From the NCBI GenBank assembly GCA_903837785.1, contig CAILVY010000392.1:1140-65139 (forward strand): a DNA stretch of 64,000 nt, given 5' to 3'. Below, one piece after another: positions 8,284-16,116 of the stretch. The position numbers and the translations under genes are program-made. The notes under the pieces are model-generated. The model did no database searches. It had not been told where the DNA came from and saw nothing but the letters and a program-made list of their open reading frames with translations. The DNA comes from Candidatus Hydrogenedentota bacterium. GTDB lineage: Bacteria; Hydrogenedentota; Hydrogenedentia; Hydrogenedentales; CAILVY01. Every line of letters starts with the position of its first letter. Positions within the stretch are counted from its first letter, which is position 1.

Positions 8284-9971
8284 ACCGGATGCGTGGAAGC
8301 AGGCAGAGAAATGACGGCGTGGCGCTGATTCTGGCGCTGCTCTTCATTGCGTTGCTGACAGTGCTGATCGTCGAGTTCAGTTTCGAGTCTCAGGTGGAAG
8401 GCTCCTATGCCGCGAACCAGGGCAGCGATTTTGGGGCATATCTTGCCGCGAAATCCGCCATCGCCAAGTCGCTGGGACTGCTGGAATCCGACATCGTGGC
8501 CATGGACATGGCCGGCGGCACGACGGTGAGCGGTTCTTCCACCACCCCCACCTCGCCCAACCGGAACACGATCAAGAACACGACGGCCGGGAACAATGCG
8601 GTGATGGACATGGGGCCGCCCGTGGACAGCCTCATGGATCCGTGGGCCATGGGGGTGCCCTTCGAACCGCTGAACGAAGACGCCACGATGCGGGGCTCCA
8701 TTTCCGACGAATACGGCAAGATTAACCTGAACGCGCTGCTGGATATCAGCCAGGACACGCCCAAGGAACGACCCTTTGTCGTGGAAGCGCTGCGCGCCTT
8801 CTTCCGGGACCGCACGGACGACTCGGAGAAGGCCGCCGACATGATCGTGGACTCCATCCTGGACTGGGTGGACTACAACGATGACGACCAGGAACACACG
8901 GAAGGCGCGGAGAACGACTACTACAACGGCCTGGAGAGCCCGTTTCCGTGCAAGAACGGGCCCATGGACACGATCGAGGAACTGCTTCTCATCAAGGGGA
9001 TGACGCCGGACATCTACTTTGGCGATCCGGAGCGCGAACAGCTGCCGCTCTCGGAGTATCTCACGGTTCATGGGGACTGGCTCGGCCGTGTCAACATAAA
9101 CACGGCCCTGCCCGAGGTGATTGCCTCGTTCATGGCGGCGAATCCGCAGGGCGGCGACTTTGATTATTCACAGGCCGAGCAGATCCACGAAGAAGTGCAG
9201 GAACAGCCCATCGTGGACCAGAGCGAGTTGTCGCGCTATCCCGGCACGCAAGGCCTGATGATCTCGGGCGACGGCGCGCCGGTGCCGGGCGCGCCGGGCA
9301 CGGTGCAAGGCGGCGGAGGCTTCTCGCAGGATCGGCGGCGGGGCAATGACAGCCTTTTCGACGAGGACAACCGCAATCGCGACCGGAAACCGGGCACGAA
9401 CACGAAACCGTCGCCGGGCACGCAGCCCGGGCGCACCCGGCCGCGCTCCCAATCCGGCGGGCTCTTCGGCAAGGCTGATTTCCTGGATGCGGCCAAGCCG
9501 CCCGAGACGATGGCGTCGTTGGCGCCGCTGGTGCTCGAAAGCACGCTCGGGCAGGCCGGAAGTGGCGGAAGCAGCGGCGGCGTGAATAGCGGCGGCGTGA
9601 ACAGCGGCGGCGTGAACAGCGGCGGCGTAAACAGCGGCGGCGTAAACAGCGGCGGCGTGAATAACGGCGGCGTGGGAGGAGCGCAACCGGGGAATATTTC
9701 CGCGTGGCGGACGACGAGCAACGTGTTTCGGATTTATGGCGACGGGATGGAAGGCGACGTCATGGTCCGGATTGAGGCCTATGTGTGGCGGACGCCGCTC
9801 GAGCCGGACGAGACGATGATGGCGATGGAACAGATGGGCGGCGCACAGGCCAACCCCCAAGTCCGGGACCAGACAAGCAAAGTCACGACGGATGCGAATG
9901 AATTGCCGATGGAAGCGACCACGATGCCGGCGGAGACATTTCGTATTCTGGACTGGAAGATCATAAGATAG
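8280..9971 (+). CDS. gspK: Minor pseudopilin GspK-like (563 aa)
   Basis: GspK-type N-terminal anchor without Glu5 (GVALILALLFIALLTVLIVEF). Signature motifs SISDEYGKINLNAL and GRVNINTA. ATGA overlap with gspJ. Confidence 0.85.
   Translation: MNRMRGSRQRNDGVALILALLFIALLTVLIVEFSFESQVEGSYAANQGSDFGAYLAAKSAIAKSLGLLESDIVAMDMAGGTTVSGSSTTPTSPNRNTIKNTTAGNNAVMDMGPPVDSLMDPWAMGVPFEPLNEDATMRGSISDEYGKINLNALLDISQDTPKERPFVVEALRAFFRDRTDDSEKAADMIVDSILDWVDYNDDDQEHTEGAENDYYNGLESPFPCKNGPMDTIEELLLIKGMTPDIYFGDPEREQLPLSEYLTVHGDWLGRVNINTALPEVIASFMAANPQGGDFDYSQAEQIHEEVQEQPIVDQSELSRYPGTQGLMISGDGAPVPGAPGTVQGGGGFSQDRRRGNDSLFDEDNRNRDRKPGTNTKPSPGTQPGRTRPRSQSGGLFGKADFLDAAKPPETMASLAPLVLESTLGQAGSGGSSGGVNSGGVNSGGVNSGGVNSGGVNSGGVNNGGVGGAQPGNISAWRTTSNVFRIYGDGMEGDVMVRIEAYVWRTPLEPDETMMAMEQMGGAQANPQVRDQTSKVTTDANELPMEATTMPAETFRILDWKIIR
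9576..9673 (+). repeat. 15-bp in-frame tandem repeat (GGCGGCGTGAAYAGC) x6.5, encoding (GGVNS)n inside gspK
   Basis: Read directly from the DNA. Units start at 9576, 9591, 9606, 9621, 9636 and 9651, and differ only at synonymous or near-synonymous positions. Confidence 0.95.
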
Positions 9972-10015
9972 GCGGCAACTGCTGCCCGGAGAAGCAACCC
10001 GATGGGAGCGCGTGA

Positions 10016-11476
10016 ATGTTCTTGAAAACGAAAGTGGCCGCGATCGAATTCGCGGGCGACGAGGTGCGGGTCGCCGTCGTGAAGACCGGCGGCAAGCTGC
10101 CTAAGGTACTCGAGTTGGTTTCGCGCCGCGCACATTACGAGTTGCCGGACGCGCGATTCGATGCGCTCGTGGCGGCGTTGGACGAGGCGTTGAACCAGCT
10201 CAGGGTCCGCCCCTCGGCCTATGTGCTGTGTGAGAGCTCGATGTTCTGCATCGTGCGCACGCTGACGATCCCGTTCCGGGGCAGCCGCCGCGTCGCGTCG
10301 GCGGTGCCGTTCGAGCTCGAGCCCCATCTTGCGCTGCCGCTGGAAGACCTGCTGCTGGACTACAACGTCGTCACGGAGATTGAGGGCGAAACCGAAGTCC
10401 TCGCGATGGGGATGCGCCGCAATCAGATTGAAGACCGCCTGGCGATTCTGTCGGCGGCCGGCGTCGAGGCCGAAGCGGTTACGCTGGATACCGTGGCACT
10501 CACCGGATTGTGGCAGGCGGGCCGAAAGAAGCAGAAAGGGCTGGCCGCCGTGCTGCACGCGCGGGACGCCTGCTCGAGCGTGGCCATCCTGTTCAACGGG
10601 AAACTGGCCTATTTCCGGCATCTGGCCTGCACCGCCCAACAGGTTCAGGACGAGCCCGTGGCCGTGGCGCGCGAAGTGCAGAACAGCATCCGGGGTTTCC
10701 TCGCCAAGTGGCGCGGGGAAGGCGAAATCGCCGAGCTGCAGGTTACGGGCGTGGAATTCAGCCCGGAGGAACGCCAGGCGTTCAGCGAGGCGGTGCGGCT
10801 TCCCGTTCAGGATTCGGTGCTTGTCGCGTCGTTGAAGGGGAACGAGGCGGTGCTGGAGGAGGGCGCCCCCGCGGCCCGGCACAACACGTGGGAGGCGGCT
10901 ATCGGCGCGGCACACGGCGCGGCCGGCGGCGCCTACGCCATCGATTTCCGCCATGCCGAGCAGGAATGGCAGGGCGCGGCCCGGGGCGTGATTACGCATC
11001 TGTTGTTTACGGCGTGCCTCGGCCTGATGCTCCTGGCCGGTTGGGCACTTTATTACTACGAAGGCACCGCCCGGAACGAGGCGGAACTCGTGCGTATCGA
11101 GAAGCAGATCGGCGATTTGAAGGCTGAGATTCAGGGCATGCAGGACAAGGGGCTTGGCGCGGACGTAAACACCGACATGTTCAGCGACCCCTCGTTGCTG
11201 GATGTTTTGAAGGAGCTTGCAGGGAATCTGCCTGACGGCGGAAGCGTGATTCTGACGGATCTGAAGATTGCCCCGCCCGAGGCCGAGAACTGGTGGATGC
11301 GGATCTCGGGTTCGGGTCCTGACGCCGCCCAGGTCAACCAGTTTCTCGAGAAACTGAAGGGCGCCAAGCTCTTCCGGGTGGACGAACAGCCCGACTTGAA
11401 CGTAAGCGGCAGCCTGACCACCTTCACCGTGAAGGCGTTTCGCGCGAACGGAGGCAAGAATGAAGCTGGAGCTTGA
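10016..11476 (+). CDS. gspL: GspL-like bitopic assembly protein (PilM-type actin-like domain + TM + PilN-like periplasmic part)
   Basis: N-terminal PilM-like domain (MFLKTKVAAIEFAGDEVRVAVVK...). A single TM (VITHLLFTACLGLMLLAGWALYYY) is followed by a coiled coil. GGGAG lies upstream of the ATG. Confidence 0.75.
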   Translation: MFLKTKVAAIEFAGDEVRVAVVKTGGKLPKVLELVSRRAHYELPDARFDALVAALDEALNQLRVRPSAYVLCESSMFCIVRTLTIPFRGSRRVASAVPFELEPHLALPLEDLLLDYNVVTEIEGETEVLAMGMRRNQIEDRLAILSAAGVEAEAVTLDTVALTGLWQAGRKKQKGLAAVLHARDACSSVAILFNGKLAYFRHLACTAQQVQDEPVAVAREVQNSIRGFLAKWRGEGEIAELQVTGVEFSPEERQAFSEAVRLPVQDSVLVASLKGNEAVLEEGAPAARHNTWEAAIGAAHGAAGGAYAIDFRHAEQEWQGAARGVITHLLFTACLGLMLLAGWALYYYEGTARNEAELVRIEKQIGDLKAEIQGMQDKGLGADVNTDMFSDPSLLDVLKELAGNLPDGGSVILTDLKIAPPEAENWWMRISGSGPDAAQVNQFLEKLKGAKLFRVDEQPDLNVSGSLTTFTVKAFRANGGKNEAGA

Positions 11477-11981
11477 TCGCAGAGAACGCGTGGCGATGGT
11501 TTGCGCCTTTCTCGCGCTGTGGATGTGTTTCGCTCTCGTGCTCTTCATCCCCATGAAGCCGCAGGCGAAGTACCGGGACTCCCGGATGCGGCTCGACGAG
11601 AAGAAGCGCGAACTGCAGATGACCACGATGATGAAGGCGGAAGAGGAAGAGCGGCTCCGGAGCCAGGAGAAGGTCATGGAACTGCTCAACAAGCGGGCCA
11701 AAGATTTCGACCTCTTGTCCTTTGTCAATGACCGGCTGAAAGAGTCCAATCTGACCGGCCAGTTCGTTCTGGAGAACTACCGCGCGCGCCAGTTGAGTCC
11801 CAAGCAGCCCATGGTTCAGCTCGAGTTGAAGAACATCTCGCTCGCACAACTGGTTGATTTCCTGCACAAGGTCTACGCCGGAAACAACCTGGTCGTCATG
11901 TACAAGCTCGAACGGATGCATCCCGCCTCCAGCAGCAAAGGGCTCGACTGCGAGATCATCTTCGCCACAGTCCGCGCCTGA
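11460..11981 (+). CDS. gspM: GspM/PilO-like bitopic protein
   Basis: N-terminal TM (VAMVCAFLALWMCFALVLFIP) plus a ~120-aa periplasmic domain. It overlaps gspL by 17 nt and is the last gene of the operon. Confidence 0.65.
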   Translation: MKLELDRRERVAMVCAFLALWMCFALVLFIPMKPQAKYRDSRMRLDEKKRELQMTTMMKAEEEERLRSQEKVMELLNKRAKDFDLLSFVNDRLKESNLTGQFVLENYRARQLSPKQPMVQLELKNISLAQLVDFLHKVYAGNNLVVMYKLERMHPASSSKGLDCEIIFATVRA

Positions 11982-12114
11982 TCCGGCCAGTGATCCTGCC
12001 ATGCGCCCGGACCTCGAGGGTCTCTTGCCCGCCTGGGCGTGCCCTGGGAGAACTCGGCAAGCGGCGCTCTGGCACGGGACGTTCCGGCTGCTCTCCGGGC
12101 AGTCACGCTCGCTC

Positions 12115-12238
12115 GTAGACGCGGCGTCCGCGCCGTTTCCTCGGTAGGCCGTTTCGTCCCGAGGAGGCCGTCACTCTCCTGCCCGGGTCGAGGACGACCC
12201 GGCCTACTCCGCGTCTTTCACCCGTAGACGCGGCGTCC
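12115..12238. repeat. Two copies of 15-nt direct repeat GTAGACGCGGCGTCC (12115-12129, 12224-12238) bracketing an 8-bp-stem hairpin (12183-12202); REP-like intergenic element
   Basis: Read directly from the DNA. It lies in a 1.15-kb region with no credible ORF. Confidence 0.7.
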
Positions 12239-12500
12239 TCGTCGCGTCCGGCAGAGCGCCCAAGGCGCGTAGAGTCCGGAGCGCCGAAGGCGCGGCAAGA
12301 AACCAGCCCGGGGCAAGGGCCGAGTGCAGCGAAGGACCGCCGCCCCGGGTACCCGGCCCCCGAACCGAAGCGCTGAAAGTGCGAGAGAACGCGCACACAC
12401 CCATTCGGACGCAACGGGACGAGTCACATCTCCCCGCCTGTATTTCGCGCGGCGCTCCGTCTCTCGCCCCTATAGGGCTGTGATGATGGGAGAATGCTGA

Positions 12501-12560
12501 CCCAGGGCGGCGTCGCGCATTGTGCGCCTTGCCCTGGGCTGATTTCTCTTGCGTTTTCAA
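12501..12560 (+). terminator. Compound GC hairpin (CCCAGGGC...GCCCTGGG with inner GCGCA/TGCGC) followed by a U-rich stretch
   Basis: The 8-bp outer stem pairs 12501-12508 with 12531-12538. The downstream sequence is CTGATTTCTCTTGCGTTTTC. It is unclear what transcript it would terminate, since it sits 520 nt after the gspM stop. Confidence 0.3.
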
Positions 12561-12674
12561 CGCAACGGACTGTCCCACCGCGTATGGGGGTAGGAGGACT
12601 GGGGATTGCTTCGCTTCGCTCGCAATGACGGCCCCAACCCGCCGGGTACGGTCAGGATCCCGTGACAAAATCCC

Positions 12675-12703
12675 TTGACAACGATGCGCCGGTAAGGGAG
12701 AAT
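12675..12703 (+). promoter_or_regulatory. Weak sigma70-like element TTGACA-N17-GAGAAT
   Basis: Read from the DNA. It is one of three TTGACA(A/T) boxes in 12675-12927. Confidence 0.25.
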
Positions 12704-12921
12704 ACACGCCGTTGGCAGTCATTTATACGCTTCGGAGGACGGCTGGACGCATGGATGACCGGGCGTTGTCGCGTGTCCCGAATCCCACAGGTATCCGGGG
12801 GCGGATCCTGTTGGTCTATCCCTTGGGGTGTTGGCCTCGGGGCGGGTTTCGGGGCTCGGTAAATTATTGACAATCATACCCATAAGTCCAGTTCCATCAA
12901 TGCTTCATTACATTATTCACA

Positions 12922-12950
12922 TTGACATTTCGTGTAGGCTCTGGTAAAGT
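12922..12950 (+). promoter_or_regulatory. Sigma70-like promoter TTGACA-N17-TAAAGT for the pilB-pilT-... operon
   Basis: It lies in a conspicuous AT-rich island (about 12860-12960) in otherwise GC-rich DNA, ~180 nt upstream of the pilB ATG. Confidence 0.5.
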
Positions 12951-12966
12951 TGTTATGTGTGCAAAA

Positions 12967-12993
12967 CGGATCTTCGACGGCAGTGAAGATCCG
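12967..12993 (+). other. Perfect 9-bp stem / 9-nt loop hairpin (CGGATCTTC...GAAGATCCG) in the predicted pilB 5' leader
   Basis: Read from the DNA. It starts ~17 nt downstream of the predicted -10 box (12945-12950). Confidence 0.5.
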
Positions 12994-13133
12994 GATGGAA
13001 GACTGCGAAGGGCCTGCTGTGCAGCCGTGCGGGAAGGCGCGGCGCGCAGGAGTCACCGAGGGAGTCAGACGAATGCAGGGTGCAGTCGTTGTGTCTCCGG
13101 TGTCCGGCGTGTCTTCCTAACGGAGATGTGGCG

Positions 13134-14987
13134 ATGACAACTTCGTACTCGTTGTTCGGCAAGCGCCTGGTGGATCGCGGCATCATCACGCAACACCAGC
13201 TTGAAGAAGCGATGCACAAGCAGCAGACGACGATGGGGCATCGCAAGCTGGGCGAGATCCTGGTGCGGCTGGGCTACATCAGCAAGAGCCACATCACCGA
13301 AGGCCTCGCGGATCAGTTGGGCATTCCCATCGTGAAGCTGACGGACCGCGAGATTCCCGAGCGCATCCGGAGCATGGTGGACGGGGGCATCGCGACGCTG
13401 TACCGCGTCATACCCGTGGAAGAGCAGGGGCGGACGCTGGTGGTGGCGACGGCGGACCCCACGAACATCAACAACCTGGACAATCTCTCGCGGCTTCTGG
13501 ATCGGCCGGTGGACCCGGTGCTGACGACGCCGGAGGAAATCGCGTTCGCGCTGAACAAGTACTACGGCCTGCAGGAGAACACGGTCGAGACGATGCTTTC
13601 AACCGTGAGCAGCGCCAGCAGCATGAGCACGCTGAGCACGATGTCAAACCTGAGTTCGCTGGACAGTTCGCTGAGCAGCCTCGGCAGCATGAGCGCCAGC
13701 GACATCAGCATGAGCAGCATCAGCATTGACGGGGTGGATCTCGATGATTCGCCGACGCAGATGTCGACGGCGACGGACGACGAGGACGACGCGAACAATC
13801 CGGTGGTCCGCTACGTGCACCAGATGATTCTCGAAGCGTTCCGGCTGCGGGCCAGCGATATTCACGTGGAGCCGGGCAAGACCGATGTGAAGGTGCGCTA
13901 CCGGGTTGACGGCGTGCTCCAGCTGATGCCGATTCCTCCCAAGCGCGCGCAACCGGCCATCATTTCGCGCCTGAAGATCATGTCGGGCATGGACATTTCG
14001 GAGAAGCGGGTGCCGCAGGACGGCCGCATCAAGATGATGCTGGGCACGAAGATGGTGGACCTGCGCGTGAGCGCGCTGCCGGGCGTCTACGGCGAAAGCG
14101 TCGTCATGCGTATCCTGGACAAGAGCGGGCTGATGCTGGGCCTGGGGCAGTTGGGGTTCGCGCCCGAGATGCAGCGGACGTGGGAGCAGTTGCTGCACCA
14201 CGCGACCGGGGTGGTGCTCGTGACGGGCCCGACCGGTTCCGGCAAGACGACCACGCTGTATGCGTCGCTGCACACGCTGAACCAGCCCGACCGCAAGATC
14301 ATCACGGTCGAGGACCCGGTCGAGTATCAGTTGACGGGCATCAACCAGGTGCAGATAAATCACGACATTGGCTGGGACTTCGCCCGGGCGCTGCGCGCCA
14401 TCTTCCGCCAGGACCCGGACATTGTGATGGTGGGCGAGATCCGCGACCGGGAAACGGCGGAGATCGCCATCAAGGCGGCGCTCACCGGCCACCTGGTGTT
14501 TTCGACGCTGCACACGAACGACACGTCGAGTTCGTTCATCCGCATGGTGGACATCGGGATCAAGCCGTTCCTCGTGGCGTCCGGCGTGAAGGCGATCCTG
14601 GCGCAGCGGCTGGTGCGCACGATTTGCACGGCGTGCAAGGAGGTTTGCGTCCCGTCGGACTATGAGATCAAGCGGCTGGGCTTCGAGGTGGATTTGTCGA
14701 AGTCCACGCTGTACCATGGGGCGGGATGCGACAACTGCAACAAGACCGGTCATCAGGGGCGGCTTGGGGTCTATGAACTGCTCCTGACGACGGACAAGAT
14801 CCGGCAAATGCTGATGCGGAACGAGTCGGCGGCGGCGATTCGGCGCCAGGCGCGCCTGGACGGCATGTGGACGATGCGTGATGACGCATGGCGCAAGGCG
14901 CTGAACGGCATCACGACCGTGGAAGAAGTGAACCGTCGCACCCGTTCCGATGACCCGCTCCACCGCAAGATGGCCGAAGTGGTATAG
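13134..14987 (+). CDS. pilB: Type IV pilus assembly ATPase PilB (MshEN N-domain, Ser-rich linker)
   Basis: Walker [35 protein letters not shown], tetra-Cys CTAC...CDNC. Two MshEN-like motifs at the N-terminus. GGAG lies 8 nt upstream of ATG 13134. The ORF-track start at 13080 was rejected. Confidence 0.92.
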   Translation: MTTSYSLFGKRLVDRGIITQHQLEEAMHKQQTTMGHRKLGEILVRLGYISKSHITEGLADQLGIPIVKLTDREIPERIRSMVDGGIATLYRVIPVEEQGRTLVVATADPTNINNLDNLSRLLDRPVDPVLTTPEEIAFALNKYYGLQENTVETMLSTVSSASSMSTLSTMSNLSSLDSSLSSLGSMSASDISMSSISIDGVDLDDSPTQMSTATDDEDDANNPVVRYVHQMILEAFRLRASDIHVEPGKTDVKVRYRVDGVLQLMPIPPKRAQPAIISRLKIMSGMDISEKRVPQDGRIKMMLGTKMVDLRVSALPGVYGESVVMRILDKSGLMLGLGQLGFAPEMQRTWEQLLHHATGVVLVTGPTGSGKTTTLYASLHTLNQPDRKIITVEDPVEYQLTGINQVQINHDIGWDFARALRAIFRQDPDIVMVGEIRDRETAEIAIKAALTGHLVFSTLHTNDTSSSFIRMVDIGIKPFLVASGVKAILAQRLVRTICTACKEVCVPSDYEIKRLGFEVDLSKSTLYHGAGCDNCNKTGHQGRLGVYELLLTTDKIRQMLMRNESAAAIRRQARLDGMWTMRDDAWRKALNGITTVEEVNRRTRSDDPLHRKMAEVV

Positions 14988-14998
14988 GAGAACGCACG

Positions 14999-16105
14999 AT
15001 GGCGTACGAAATGGTGAGTCTGCTGCGCATGCTTATTGACCGCGACGGGTCCGACTTGCACCTCGCGGTCGAGAATCCTCCCGTCGGGCGCGTCCACGGG
15101 CACCTGCATTACTTCGGCGACGACCCGCTGACGCCTGAGGACACCGAGCGCCTCATGAAGAGCATTGCGTCGGTGGACAACCAGCAGGAGCTTCAGGAAG
15201 TGGGCGGCGCGGACTTCGGATTCGCGTTCGAAGACATCGCCCGGTTCCGCGTGTCGATCTTCAAGCAGCGCGGCTATGTCGGCCTGGTGCTGCGCCTGAT
15301 TCCGCGCAAGATCCTCACGTTCGATGAACTCGGCCTGCCGGAGGTGATCAAGAAGCTGCTGGTGCTTCCCCGCGGATTGATCCTGGTGACGGGTCCGACC
15401 GGGTCCGGGAAATCCACGACGCTGGCCACGATGATCGACTGGATCAACACGAACCTGGACCAGCACATCATCACGATTGAAGACCCGATCGAATATTATC
15501 ACAACCACAAGAAGGGCATCGTGAACCAGCGCGAAGTCGGCGTGGACGTGCCCACTTTCGCCGAGGCCATCCGGCGCGCGCTGCGCCAGGATCCCGACGT
15601 GATTCTCGTCGGGGAAATGCGCGACCTCGAGACGATCGAGGCGGCGGTCACCGCGGCCGAAACCGGCCACTTGGTTTTCGGCACCCTGCACACGACGGGC
15701 GCGGTGCGCACGATTGACCGAATCGTGGACGCGTTTCCGACGAACCAGCAGGAACAGATCCGGACCCAGCTCGCGGGCAACCTGAAGTCGGTGATCTCGC
15801 AGACGCTCGTTCCGCGCAAGAGCGGCTTCGGCCGCGTGGCGGCCTTCGAGATCATGATCTCGACGCCGGCCATCCAGAACCTCATCCGCGAGAACAAGTC
15901 GTACCGCATCACGTCCGCGATTCAGACGGGGCACAAGTACGGCATGAACCTCCTGGACGAGCATCTGCTCGCCCTGTACCGCAAGGGCATCTGCAAGTAC
16001 GACGATGTATCGCTGAAGGCGCAGATGCCCGAGGAATTTGAGGCGAACGCGCGGACGCTCGGCCTTGAGGACGGGCCGAAACCGCCCACAACCGAAGCCG
16101 CATAG
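14999..16105 (+). CDS. pilT: Twitching-motility retraction ATPase PilT
   Basis: 368 aa with no N-terminal extension. [35 protein letters not shown], and the PilT signature [10 protein letters not shown] (AIRNLIRE motif). AGGAG lies 8 nt upstream. Confidence 0.93.
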   Translation: MAYEMVSLLRMLIDRDGSDLHLAVENPPVGRVHGHLHYFGDDPLTPEDTERLMKSIASVDNQQELQEVGGADFGFAFEDIARFRVSIFKQRGYVGLVLRLIPRKILTFDELGLPEVIKKLLVLPRGLILVTGPTGSGKSTTLATMIDWINTNLDQHIITIEDPIEYYHNHKKGIVNQREVGVDVPTFAEAIRRALRQDPDVILVGEMRDLETIEAAVTAAETGHLVFGTLHTTGAVRTIDRIVDAFPTNQQEQIRTQLAGNLKSVISQTLVPRKSGFGRVAAFEIMISTPAIQNLIRENKSYRITSAIQTGHKYGMNLLDEHLLALYRKGICKYDDVSLKAQMPEEFEANARTLGLEDGPKPPTTEAA

Positions 16106-16116
16106 GAACGTAAGGC

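Noticed and set aside
9576-9673. Regularly spaced short repeats, considered as a possible CRISPR array. The same question applies to 44086-44610.
   Set aside because: The units are contiguous with no spacers, 15 bp or shorter, in frame, and lie inside clearly coding genes. No cas genes are present.
12255-12310. SRP/4.5S-RNA-like string GTCCGGAGCGCCGAAGGCGCGGCAAGAAACCAGCC.
   Set aside because: It does not reproduce the conserved helix-8 GGAA tetraloop or symmetric-loop sequence (GGUCCGGAAGGAAGCAGCC). The resemblance is superficial.
12380-12430. Partial resemblance to the c-di-GMP-I (GEMM-I) riboswitch core (ACGCGCACAC...CCATTCGGACGCAACGGGAC versus ACGCACAGGGCAAACCAUUCGAAAGAGUGGGACGCAAAGCC).
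   Set aside because: The P1a hairpin with its GNRA tetraloop and the complementary strands are missing, so only short strings match. It also lies ~700 nt from the pilB start and upstream of the predicted promoter.
12039-12873. Short ORFs in the spacer (12103-12414-, 12204-12722-, 12218-12427-, 12662-12862+, and others).
   Set aside because: They have no RBS and an Arg/Pro/Gly-biased composition. They run through repeat and hairpin elements, including the REP-like 'VIASEAKQSP'-type translation that is typical of mis-called intergenic repeats.
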